A stretch of DNA of 64,000 nucleotides from contig OZ251246.1 of assembly GCA_965240325.2 (NCBI GenBank), forward strand, positions 62,001 through 126,000. The letters are read 5' to 3'. This document shows, piece by piece, positions 1 through 10,666 of the stretch; position 1 is the first letter of the stretch, and the number at the start of each line of letters is the position of its first letter. The notes below the pieces were generated by a model. That model was not told the DNA's origin. It did not search any database and worked only from the letters and a program-made list of their open reading frames with translations. Made by a program: the position numbers and the translations under genes. Source of the stretch: Rebecca billardiae RCC1528. Taxonomy: Eukaryota > Protista > Haptophyta.

Positions 1-331
1 CTCGCCCAGCGCGCCGCGCAGCAGCTCGAGCACGCCGCGCCCGCCGCGGTGCGCCCGGTATGCCTCAATGCACACGGAAGCCATCGCGAGCGCGCGGCCG
101 CGCGCCGACAGCGGCAGCGGCGCGGCGAGCGCGCCGAGCGTCGACGCCAGCGCGGCGTGGTCGTCGGCGAGCGCGCCGGGCGCGTCGGGGTCGAGCAGCG
201 CGGCGCACCACCGCGCGTACAGCTCGAAGCACAGCGCGGGAGGCAGCGGGTGCAGCGCCAGCGGGCCGTACGATCCGACGTCCGCCGCGGCCGCGCCGAG
301 CGCGCCGCCGGCCGCGCCGCCGGCCGCGGCC

Positions 332-374
<43 letters not shown>

Positions 375-970
375 TCAGCGCGCCGCAGCGCGCGATGCCG
401 TCGTCGTCGGCGCCGCCGTCGGACGCGGCGACGGCGACGCGGAGCAGCAGCTGCTCCAGCCGCGACGCCACCGCGTCCTCGTCCACCGCCACGCCCGAGT
501 CAGCCGCGCGCCCGCCGCCGCCCGCCGCGCCGCCGCCCGCCGCGCCGCCGCCGCCGCCGCCGCCGCACGCGGCGGCGCAGCGGTCGGCGGCGACCTCGGT
601 CAGAAGCAGTGACAGGTCGACGGCCGCGTGCGCCGCGCCCGCGCCCGCCACGCGCACGCCGCGCAGCTCGAGCCAGCCGCCCAGCGCGCACGCGTACGTG
701 CGCACGCGCCGGGCCGAAAACGCCTGCAGCTGGCGCGCGCGCGCCGCGCCGGCCGACGCGCCGCCGCCGCCGCCGCCGCCGCCGTCCGCTCGCGCCGAGA
801 TTGCAATCTCGGGCGCGCCCAGTAGCGCGAGCTGGTAGCCGAGGGAGAGGAGGCACTCGGGGTGCGCCGCGCGCAGGCGCTGCGCCGCCGACGCGCCGCC
901 GAGCACCGCCGAGCTGCCGCCGAGCCCGCCGCCGACGCTCGGCGCGCCGCCGCGCGCGAGCGCAGGCGGC

Positions 971-1007
<37 letters not shown>

Positions 1008-1133
1008 GCTCGGCGGCGGCGAGGCCGAGCTGCACGCTGAGCCGCGCGTGCGTGCGCCGCGTCACCTCGAGCGCCAGCCGCACGCGCTCCTGCGCCGCGT
1101 GCGCGCGCTGCCGCGCCGACTCGCCGCCGCCAT

Positions 1134-1173
<40 letters not shown>

Positions 1174-1996
1174 CGGCGGCGGCGGCGGCGGCGGCGGCTG
1201 CTGCGCGCCGCCGCGCGCGTGCACGGCGGCGCAGAGCAGAAGCAGTTCGTACGCGGCGGTGCGCGCGGCCTCGTCGTCGTCGAACCCGCGCGGCGAGAGC
1301 GCCGCGCGCGGCGCCTCCCACCGCGCGCCGCCGCCGCCGCCGCCGGCCGCGCCGCCGGCGCGCGCGCGCGCCGCGCGCCGCGCCGCCGAGATTGCAATCT
1401 CGGCGGCGTCCGCGTCGTCAGGCTCGTCCAGTAGCTCGGCGCCGCTGTCGGCGGCGGCGGCGCGCGGCGGCGTGCCGGCCGTCGGCGGCGTGCCCGCGCC
1501 CTCAGCGCGACCGCCGCCGTCCGCGCGCGCAGGCCGCGCGCCGCGCGGCGGCGAGCCGCGCGCCGCGCCCGCCGCGCCGGCCGCCGCGCCGCCGCGCGCC
1601 GCCGCCGCCGCCGAGATTGCAATCTCGCCGCCGCCCGCCGCGTCGTCGTCGTCGTCGTCGGTCGAGAGCTGCGAGAACGAGACGGTGGGCGCGACGTCGG
1701 GCGCCGCCGGCGCGCCGCGCGCCGCCGCCGCCGCCGCGCGCGCCGCGAGCGAGATCGCGCGCTCCACGTCCACGCGCTCGAGATCGCGATCTGGCACGAC
1801 CCGCCGCCCCGAGATTGCGCCGAGATCGAGGCCGCTCGGCAGGCTGTCGGCGGGCCGGCCGAGGAGGGCGGCGAGCTCGGCGCGCGGCAGCGCGCTCAGC
1901 GTGTGCCGCAGCAGCTCGGCGCGCTCGCGCCGCGCCGCACCGTCCGCACCGTCGCCGCCGTCCGCGCGCGCCGCGCCGCTGCCCCCGCCGCCACCC

Positions 1997-2059
<63 letters not shown>

Positions 2060-3078
2060 AGCGCGGCCGCCGCCGCCGGCCCCGGCCCCGGCCACAGCCT
2101 CGCCGTGGCGGCGAGCTCGAGCACGGCGGCGCAGCCGGCGTGCCTGCGGTCGGGCGCGGCGGCGCACGCCTCGAGCGCGTCCTGCGTCGCCGCCGCCTGC
2201 GCCAGCTGCCGCGCGTACACCGCGACGAGCGGCGCGGCCGCGCGCGGCAGCTCGGTCGTGCGCGCGCGCCACTGGCCGCCGAGCAGCGCGCACATTAATT
2301 CGGTCTGAATAAAGAATAAATCGAGCGCGTCGCGGATCGCGTCGAGGCGCGCGGAGCACACGGCCTCGGACGCGCCGGTGAGCCCGTCGCCCGACGCCGC
2401 GCTCCGCCCCGGCCCGAGCCCGCCCGCGCCCGCCGCCGCCAGCGCGAGCGAGCACAGCCGCTGCACGGCCGGCAGCTCGGCGGCGGCGGCGCCGAGATTG
2501 CAATCTCGCCACGAGCGCTCGCGCCGCGCGGCGCGCACGCGCGGCGCGTGGGGCCACGCGGCGAGCGCGCCGACGAACGCGCCGTACTGCCGCGCGAACG
2601 TCGCCTCGTCCGCGCCGCGCGCGCCCGGCCGCGCCGCCGCGCCCGCGCCCGCACCCGCGCCGCCGCCGCCGCCGCCGCCGCCGCCGAGCGCTCCAAAGCT
2701 GAGCGCGTCGTCGGCGGCGGCGGCGGCCGCGAGCGGCGCGCGGCCGCGGTGGAGGAGGAGGTGGACGAGCTGGGCGGCCTTGAGCGCGGCGTGCGCGCCG
2801 GAGGCGGGCGCGGCGCGCACCGCCGCGCGCACCGCCTCCACCACCTCGCCCTCCGCCACGCCGCCCTGCGCGCCGCCGTCGCCCGCCGAGCCAGCATGGC
2901 CGCCGCCGCCGCCGCCGCCGCCGAGATTGCGATCTCGGCTCAGCTCGACGATGGTCTGCACGTGCTTCTCCTTGAGCGCGAAGGCGGTGGGCGCGGTGCA
3001 CTTGTACAGCGCCACCTCCAGCGGCGCGCGCCCCGCCGTCTTCAGGTTCGCCTGCAGCTGCCGCAGTCGCTTGTCCAT
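1..3078 (-). CDS. ANTH/ENTH-like N-terminal domain protein, low-complexity, 3' end outside window
   Basis: ATG at 3078: MDKRLRQLQANLKTAGRAPLEVALYKCTAPTAFALKEKHVQTIVELS...ALKAAQLVHLLLHRG resembles ANTH motifs KAT...PKxKH and ALKxLxxxHxLLxxG. The frame was open at every point checked down to position 1; it is absent from the ORF track because it runs off the window. Confidence 0.6.
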
Positions 3079-3638
3079 CCGAGCCGGCGCGCGCGGCCGT
3101 CGCGCCGTGGGCGCCGCGCGAGGGACGAGCGACGGCGGTGCGCCGCGCGCGCGTGGACGGCGGGGAGGGGAGGGACGAGGTGCTGCGCCGCCGGCGCGCT
3201 GCGAAGGGCGGCTGCTGCCGCCGAGCGCGCGCGGGCCCGGGGCTGCGCCGCCGTGCGCACGCGCTGCGCGCCCGTCCGCCGCGGCGTTCCGTCGCACGCG
3301 CTTGCGCGGGTTCCACCTGATTTCATCGCCGCTGAGGATTTTCATTTCCGATGATGCGCATTTCTCGCGGTCATATTTTCTCCCAAGATGCCGGGCGGGA
3401 ATGGTGGACATCTGTGGCAGATCGAGACCATTCTAAATGATTTGTCCCGCCTTTTCTACGAGAGCTGTCCGCTGACAATGCGTCCAGCCGGCAACCATGA
3501 CTTGTTACCAATCATGAATCAGCCAGCGCAAACTAAGTAGCATAGTTACAACTAGCATGCCGATACTATTTAAACGATGTGGGAAGCAAGCCGCGACGCG
3601 CCATCGGCCGCGGCGCGGCGCGGACGCGCGCCGGCGCC

Positions 3639-4287
3639 TCACACCGTGCGCTCCGTCTCCGCGATCGTGCGCACGATGGCGCCCGGCCCCGTGCGCGCCG
3701 TCAGCGCCGCGTGCCACCGCAGCCACGCCGCCGAGTGCGCCGACGGCGCGCCGAGGAAGCGGTAGACGAACTTGACGAGGAGCTCGCACTCGTCGTCGCT
3801 CAGCGCGGAGACGCAGCCGTCCGTCTCGCCCTCGCGCACGCCCAGCATCGCCGCCTGCACCACCGCCGCGTTCTCCGCCTGCGGGGCCGCGCGGCGCGCC
3901 GCGGCGCGCGGAGGCGCGGGCGGGTGACACGCGAGCGCGCGGCGGCAGCGGGCGCCGCCGTGGGGCGGCGGCGGCGACGGGGCGCCGACGCGCGGATGCG
4001 CGCACCTTGGGCGCGTCGAGCGCGCTGCCCATTGGCGGGTCCTGCAGCGCGAGCCTGAGCGCCTCGAGCGCGCTCGTCCTGCGCGCGGCGCGGCGCGGCG
4101 CGGCGCGGCACGGCAGGTCAGCGCGGCGCCGCCCGCGGCGTGGGCACGGCTCGCGGCTCGCAGCGGGCTGGCGCCGCGCGGGGTGGGCGGGCGCGCACTT
4201 GAGCAGCGCCTGCACCCGCTCGCCCCGCGCGCTGATCTCGGCGAGCCACTGCGCCTCGGGCTTGGCGCCGGCCGACGCGTCCGCCAT
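3639..4287 (-). CDS. ARPC5: Arp2/3 complex subunit 5 (p16-Arc), 3 exons: 4287-4199, 4078-4006, 3878-3639
   Basis: Spliced product ends ...LSDDECELLVKFVYRFL...WLRWHAALTARTGPGAIVRTIAETERTV, matching the ARPC5 C-terminus (DLLMKYIY...LLxWHE...GxGSIVRVL..RKTV). GT-AG introns 4198-4079 and 4005-3879 keep the frame. Confidence 0.85.
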
Positions 4288-4364
4288 GGCTGTGTTGGCC
4301 GCCACGCGCGCGCGCAGCACGGAAAGAGCGGCCGGTGCGCTGGCCGCTGCCGCCGCAGAGCACG

Positions 4365-5411
4365 ATGGCGGCGTCACCCGCGGCCTCGGGGCCGCAGCCG
4401 CCCCCGCACCTGGAGGCGCGGCTCTGCGCGGCGTTCTGCGCCGCGCGGCCGGGCGTGCCGCGGCGCAAGGAGCTGCACGAGGCCTTCGCCTTCTTCAAGG
4501 CGGCGGACAAAGAGCTCAAGCGCCGGCGCCCATGGCCGCTGGTGATCGACGTGGCTGGCGGGCACGGGATGGTTGCGGCGCTCTGCCTCGCGTACGGCAA
4601 GGCGAGCCGCGCGCTCGTGCTCGACCCGCACCGCCCCGCCTCCGCGGACGCGCTCCTCGCCGCGTGGGCCCCCTTCCTCCCCCGCCACCCCGAGTACATC
4701 CAGCAGCCGCTCGCAGACGCGCTGCCGCGGCTGCTCGAAGGCGCGGCACACGCGGCGGAGGCGGAGCGCGGCGCCGAGGGCGCGGCGCCGGCGGACGCGG
4801 GGTCGGTGGACGCGGTGGAGGCGGAGGCGGGGAAGCGTGATGCCGCCGCCACCGCAGCCAACGCTCCCGCCGCCGCAGCCGATGCCGCCGGTGCGGCGGC
4901 GACCGCGCCGGACACGGATGCGGCGGGCGGCGCGGCGGACGCGCCGCCCGTCGCGCTCGTGCTTGCGTGCCACGCGTGCGCGCACCTCTCCGAGCAGATC
5001 GTCGCCCTGTGCGGCGCGGCGCGCGCGCCCGTCGACTTTGTCCTCCTCCCCTGCTGCCAGCGGCCGCCGCGCTCGCTCAAGCCCGCGCTAGCCGCGCTCG
5101 GCGTGCCGCCCGCGGTAGCCATGGATCTCACGCTGCTCGGCCGCGCCATGCAGCTTGGGTTCGACGTGTCGCTGCGGCTGGTCGACGCGGCGATCACGCC
5201 GCAGAACCGCGTGGTCGCGGGCCGCGCGCCGCGACCTGCGGAGCGCGCCGCCGCCGACGCCGACGCGGAGCGACGGCTGACGCGCGCGTACGCGCGCGCG
5301 CACGGCGGCGCGCTGCCGCGCGCGCGAGCGCGCGCCGCGGCGGCGGCGGCGGCGGCGGCGGCGGAGGAGGAGGATGAGCGGCGCGCCGACGACGAGGGCG
5401 CGGCACGCTGA
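4365..5411 (+). CDS. Class I SAM-dependent methyltransferase-like protein (Methyltransf_32-like)
   Basis: Motifs KELHE, VIDVAGGHG, LACHACAHLSE and VLLPCC; Ala-rich insertion in the middle. Confidence 0.7.
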   Translation: MAASPAASGPQPPPHLEARLCAAFCAARPGVPRRKELHEAFAFFKAADKELKRRRPWPLVIDVAGGHGMVAALCLAYGKASRALVLDPHRPASADALLAAWAPFLPRHPEYIQQPLADALPRLLEGAAHAAEAERGAEGAAPADAGSVDAVEAEAGKRDAAATAANAPAAAADAAGAAATAPDTDAAGGAADAPPVALVLACHACAHLSEQIVALCGAARAPVDFVLLPCCQRPPRSLKPALAALGVPPAVAMDLTLLGRAMQLGFDVSLRLVDAAITPQNRVVAGRAPRPAERAAADADAERRLTRAYARAHGGALPRARARAAAAAAAAAAEEEDERRADDEGAAR

Positions 5412-5873
5412 GGGCGCTACTGCCTGACGACGGCGCGTGAAGGCCGCCCGCCCGCTGCTGCATACAGCATATATATACATGCGCGCGCGTGCTCGGTACG
5501 TGTGCGCGCTGATCTCGTCGTCGCGATCGCGTCGCGACGATCGCGACGCCATGCGCCGCCGGATGATGCGCGCGCGCAGTCGTCATCACGCCGCATCGGC
5601 GCGGCCGCCGCGGGCCGGCCGCCCGGGCGGCCGCGCGCTCGCGGTCGACTCCGCCGCGGGCCAGTCGTCCAGCGCTCGGAGCGGGCGGCCTGCCTCCGCG
5701 CGACTCGCCGAGTCCGACCGCGCGTCGTCCGGCGGGTCACTCGGTCCGGCTGAGTGGCGCCGCAGCAGTAGTGATAATGATGATGATGCTGATGCGCGCG
5801 TGCGCTGTAGCGGCCTCAGCGCGCAATCGCGTCGTCTCTTATTCGAAGTGCTGCTGATGATGATGACGAAGAG

Positions 5874-6089
5874 TGTCAAAGGAATCGCGCCAATCTACAC
5901 TCTACAGTGATTTCCAATTTCCAATCCAACATTTTACTCGCAGTCACACACTACACAGTGGCGGCGCGACCGCTGCGGCGGCGCTCGCACAAAATCCTCC
6001 AAAATCAACCTGAACCTCATCCTAAAATACAGCAGGACAGCATGGCTGGCGGCGGCATCTGGAAGCATTCTAGATGCTTCCGAAACTCG
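5874..6089 (+). repeat. 5' LTR, left part
   Basis: Near-identical to 13523-13729; differences seen are a GC duplication, a 7-nt duplication and one substitution. Confidence 0.9.
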
Positions 6090-6594
6090 GGGCGATGGCC
6101 GACGCGACGGGAGTGGTGGGTTTGGCAGTCCGCGGCGGTTATCGCGTTATGACTGCCGCGTCGCTGCTCCGCCGCCGCCCGTGCCCCTCCCCGCTAGGTG
6201 GGGGTACCCGGCCGGACGCGGGCTCGGCGCTCGCAGCGGCATCGCCGGAGTGACCGGACGGCGACGAGATGTGAGTCGGAAGCAGCTCGCCTTTGCGGCG
6301 CGGGTACCAAGCGGAAAGTGAGCGTACCTGCAGGCGGGCCGACCCTCGGCGTGACAGGCGCACCTTCGGGGCCGGTCAGGGCAGCCCACGTCGTGCAGTC
6401 GACCGCTTCCGCCGCGACTGCCCCCCGGCGCACCCTGCCCCGGCCGACGCCTGAGCACAGCGGCCCCGCCCGGGCCCGGGCCCCCCGGGCGGCAGGCCGC
6501 GGCGGCGCCGGCACACTCACGGACAGCCAGCGGCGCTCCTCCGCCTCCTTCGTTCTTCGTTCCTCGGTGTCCCCTCGGTGTGGCGAGCAGCGCG

Positions 6595-7340
6595 CGCATT
6601 CATCCCGCCCGGCCTCATGAAATTGCACCCGTGCTGCTTCTGGGTCGCCTGCGGCTTCCGGCGCTGGGCGCACAGTGGAGCGGAGTGTGAGGGGGCGGTG
6701 CGCTGCCGTCCATCGTGCGCGCTCTTCGCTCGTCACCACCCTCTGCCTCGCTCGAGCGAGGCGCGCGCTCCGCGCATTCTGCCTCGCTCGTGCGCCAGCG
6801 CGCTTTTATCCTGGGGATGACGCGTGCATCCGTGCTGCTTCGGCGTCCTCCTGCACCGTCCGGCGGCCGAGCGCACAGCGGGGCGACGCGGGAGGTGCCG
6901 GTGCAGGGGCGTCCGTCGCGGTCACTCAGCGCTCATCGCCATCTGCTTCGCTCGAGCGAGAGCGCCCTCAGCGCATTCATCACGCCCGGCCTCATGCAAT
7001 TGCACCAGTGCTGCTTCGGGGTCCCCTGCGGCTTCCGGCGCTGGGCGCACAGCGGAGCGGAGCGCGAGGGAGCGGTGCGCTGCCGCCCGTCGTGCGCGCT
7101 CCTAGCTCACCACCCTCTGCTTCGCTCGAACGAGCCGCGCGCTCCGCGCCTTCTGCTTCGCTCGAGCTCGAGCGCGCTTGTATCCTGGGGATGACGACGA
7201 GTGCATCAGTGCTACTCCTCCTGCAGCGTCCGGCGGCTGAGCGCGCAGCGGGGCGCCGCGGGAGGTGCCGGTGCGCGGGCGTCCGTCGCGGTCACTCAGC
7301 GCTCATCGCCGTCTGCTTCGCTCGCGCGAGAGCGCACTCA
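6595..7340. repeat. Two diverged tandem copies of a ~378-bp unit inside the nested element
   Basis: GCATTCATC(C/A)CGCCCGGCCTCATG...GGCTTCCGGCGCTGGGCGCACAG recurs at ~6596 and ~6973. Confidence 0.8.
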
Positions 7341-7559
7341 TCATCACCTTCCGCCACCTCGCTCGAGCTGTGGATGGAGCGCGCTTCGGCGGGGCGGGCA
7401 GTGGCCACATCCATGCTGCTACTTCTACGTCCTTCGGCAGCGCGCGAAGGCGGGGCGCATATCGATACGGACCAAGCCGCTCGCACGCGGCATGCTCGTG
7501 TCACGCACGCCGCCGCCGCTCGCCGCCGCTCGCCTGAACCCGCACTCGCGCGGCTGCGT

Positions 7560-8045
7560 GTCAGCCTGCGCCCAACTTCTCCGAGCGTCACATGCGCGTA
7601 ACTTTGCTCCTTACATGCGCGTGTCTTTGCGCCTCACTGCGCCTAACCTCTCCGCGCATCACATGCGCCTAACTTTGCGCCTTACATGTGCGTAACTTCG
7701 CGTGTCACTTGCGCCTAACGGTCACTTGCGCCTAACTTCTCTGCGCCTCACTGCGCCTAACTTCTCCGCGCGTCACATGCGCCTAACTTTGCGCCTTGCA
7801 TGCGCGTAACTTCGCGCGTCACTTGCGCCTAACGGTCATCACTTGCGCCTAACTTCTCTGCGCCTCACTGCGCCTAACTTCTCCGCGCGTCACAATCATG
7901 CGCCCAACTTTGCGCCTCACATGCGCGTATCTTTGCGGGTCACTTGCACCGCCTATGATAACTTCTCTGCGCCTCACTGCGCTTAACTTCTTCGCGCGTC
8001 ACATGTGCCTGCCTGACGTTGCGCCTCACATGCGCGTAACTTCTC
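7560..8045. repeat. Minisatellite built from GCGCCTAACTT / GCGCCTCAC / GCGCGTCACAT subunits
   Basis: Seen directly; many degenerate copies. Confidence 0.85.
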
Positions 8046-8049
8046 GTCC

Positions 8050-9000
8050 GCGCGCGTCACCCTCCGCTTCGCTCGAGCGTGAACGGGCGCATCGTCAATC
8101 ACCTCATGCCTATCGCTCGAGCAGCGGCCTTCAGTTCCGTTCCCGTGCGCGGTACGAGCGTTCCACTTCCATTTACTCACGCTGCGCATTCCTCTCCTTC
8201 ATCCCAGTCAATCATCCGCACGCGTCACCTTCTGCCTCGCTCGACGTGAACGCGCTCATCGTCAATCACCCTCTGCCTATCGCGCGAGCAGCGGCCTTCA
8301 TTTCCGTTCCCGCGCGCGGTCCGAGCATTCCACTTCCGTCTCACGCCGCGCATTCCTCTCCTTCATTCCAGTTTCGTTCCGATCTACACGACGCGCGTGC
8401 GTCCTTTTCCTCACGCCGCGCGTGTCTGTTCCGTCTCCACAGCCATGAGCCAATCCTATCCTGCACTCCTGGCCAGTCATCCACGCGCGTCACCGTCTGC
8501 TTCGCTCGATCGTGGACGCGCTCATCGTCAATCACCTTCTGCCTCTCGCTCGAGCAGCTGCCTTCAGTTCCGTTCCTACGCGCGGTCCGGAGCGTTCCAC
8601 TTCAGTGTCACACCGCGCGTTCCTCTGACTCTCCTTCAATCCGGTTCCGTTCCGATCTACGTGCATTCCCTGCCTCACGCTGCACGTTCCTGGTCCTTCC
8701 CATCTCGCACCGCGCGTTCCTTTCCTTCATCCCAGCTCCGCCTTTCTCGCTCGCCACCTTCTGTGTCGCTCGAGCGGGGACGCGCTCATCATCGGCAATG
8801 ACTTTCTGCCTGTCGCTCAAGCAGCTACTTTCCGTTCCGTTTCGTTCCTACTACACGTGTTCCATCCCTCGCGCCGGGCGCACCTGATCCTTCCCGTCAC
8901 GCACCGCGCGTTCCTTTCCCTCATTCCTGTTCCATCTTCCTCACTCATCACCTTCTGCTTCGCTCGAGCGTGATGGCGCTCATCGTCTATCTTCGAGCCG
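8050..9000. repeat. About 5 diverged copies of a 170-270-bp pyrimidine-rich unit
   Basis: TCACCTTCTGCTTCGCTCGAGCG...GCTCATCGTCAATCACC...CAGTTCCGTTCC recurs near 8050, 8220, 8485, 8750 and 8945. Confidence 0.75.
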
Positions 9001-9004
9001 CTGG

Positions 9005-9240
9005 GCGTGATCGTCACGCGCGCGCACGGTCATGCGCGCGCACCGATCATTATGTGCCGATCATCAGTTCATCATGCGCGCGCTCCGATCATCATGCGTG
9101 CGTGCCGATCATCATGCGCTTGTGCCGATCATCATTCGTGCGCGCCGTCATGCGCGCGCACCGATCATCATGCGCCGATCATCACGCGCGCGCGACCATC
9201 ATGCGTGCGCCGCGCGACCATCACCATCCGTGCGCGTCGT
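9005..9240. repeat. CCGATCATCATGCGCG minisatellite
   Basis: Seen directly. Confidence 0.8.
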
Positions 9241-10557
9241 CTCGCACACATTTTTCGGCGCGCTTTCATGGGCGCACGTGGTGTCTGCGGCCGGGGCGTG
9301 ATTGACGACGTTGTCGGCGAACCGGCGTCGATACCTGAGCCTCTTGGCGGCTCGGGCGTGTGCCGCGGCAGCTCGGGCGTATGCGCTCTTGCCGGCCGGC
9401 GGCCTCGGCGGCGGTGCGCGCGTGCTGCTGGGCGATTTCGGGCGAGTGGACGGCGCATGGCCTGCTGGTCACCTGCAGCGCCTCGCCTGGCCGGTGCCGG
9501 CGCGCGACGACGGGCAGGTTACCCCACTGCTCGGAAGGTCGCTGCCGGGCTCTCGGCGACCTCTGGGAAGGGCTGAGCGCTCGGGAGGGGGCGTCACGCC
9601 ACCCGCCGCGCAGCGGCCAAACCCGCCGCGCAGCGGCCAAGCGCCGGCGGCGTGCTGTGGAGTGGTGGGCAGGGCGCTGCGCCTCTGGGGGTCGGGGCCG
9701 GGCCTGGCCTCGGCCGCGCCGGCCGACGCCGGCCATGCCGGCGTGGCGCCTGGCGCTGCGCCCCTTTGGGCGGGCGCTGCCTCGCCGCCCTGCCCCCCGC
9801 GTGGCGACTGGCGGCCCCAGGCAACCCCTGCAGCATCATCAGCGTATCGTAACACCGGATCGCCAGAAGGAGCACGACGCGCGCGCGGTTATGGGGCGAT
9901 GGCCGACGCGACGGGAGTGGTGGGTTTGGCAGTCCGCGGCGGTTATCGCGTTATGACTGCCGCGTCGCTGCTCCGCCGCCGCCCGTGCCCCTCCCCGCTA
10001 GGTGGGGGTACCCGGCCGGACGCGGGCTCGGCGCTCGCAGCGGCATCGCCGGAGTGACCGGACGGCGACGAGATGTGAGTCGGAAGCAGCTCGCCTTTGC
10101 GGCGCGGGTACCAAGCGGAAAGTGAGCGTACCTGCAGGCGGGCCGACCCTCGGCGTGACAGGCGCACCTTCGGGGCCGGTCAGGGCAGCCCACGTCGTGC
10201 AGTCGACCGCTTCCGCCGCGACTGCCCCCCGGCGCACCCTGCCCCGGCCGACGCCTGAGCACAGCGGCCCCGCCCGGGCCCGGGGCCCCCGGGCGGCAGG
10301 CCGCGGCGGCGCCGGCACACTCACGGACAGCCAGCGGCGCTCCTCCGCCTCCCGCCCGCCCTCCCTGGCGTGGGATCGCCGCGCTGGGGTGGGTGCGGCT
10401 TGAGTCAGCGTCCACGGGGGGGGAGCGGGGCGCTGCGGGCGGGCGCTGCCTCGCCGCCCTGCCCCCCGCGTGGCGACTGGCGGCCCCAGGCAACCCCTGC
10501 AGCATCATCAGCGTATCGTAACACCGGATCGCCAGAAGGAGCACGACGCGCGCGCGG

Positions 10558-10666
10558 CGAAACATGAGCCGATCACACAAAACACGCTGAGCTCACCACC
10601 GCAAATAAGAGCCGAAGCCGTCGACCGACCTCGCGACCGTCAAGCCTCGAGACGCGTTCCCTGACA
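10558..10666 (+). repeat. 5' LTR, right part
   Basis: CGAAACATGAGCC...CCCTGACA matches 13734-13842. Confidence 0.9.

Larger units (their letters stand above)
6089..10557 (+). mobile_element. Non-autonomous element with split direct repeats A1-internal-B1-A2-B2 (Ngaro/PAT-type tyrosine-recombinase retroelement architecture)
   Basis: A1 6089-6548 = A2 9893-10352 (460 bp, one mismatch seen); B1 9768-9888 = B2 10437-10557 (121 bp); B1 and A2 are joined by TTAT. It interrupts the 5' LTR with no TSD. Confidence 0.75.

Noticed and set aside
7560-9240. Possible CRISPR-like array
   Set aside because: Repeats are degenerate, spacers are not unique or regular, there are no cas genes, and the context is eukaryotic.
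6089-10352. A1/A2 as the LTRs of an ordinary nested LTR element
   Set aside because: No TG..CA ends or TSD, and the insertion extends past A2 to end in B2.
6139-10580. Short ORFs within the nested element
   Set aside because: No RT, RNase H, tyrosine-recombinase or gag motifs; the translations reflect repeats.
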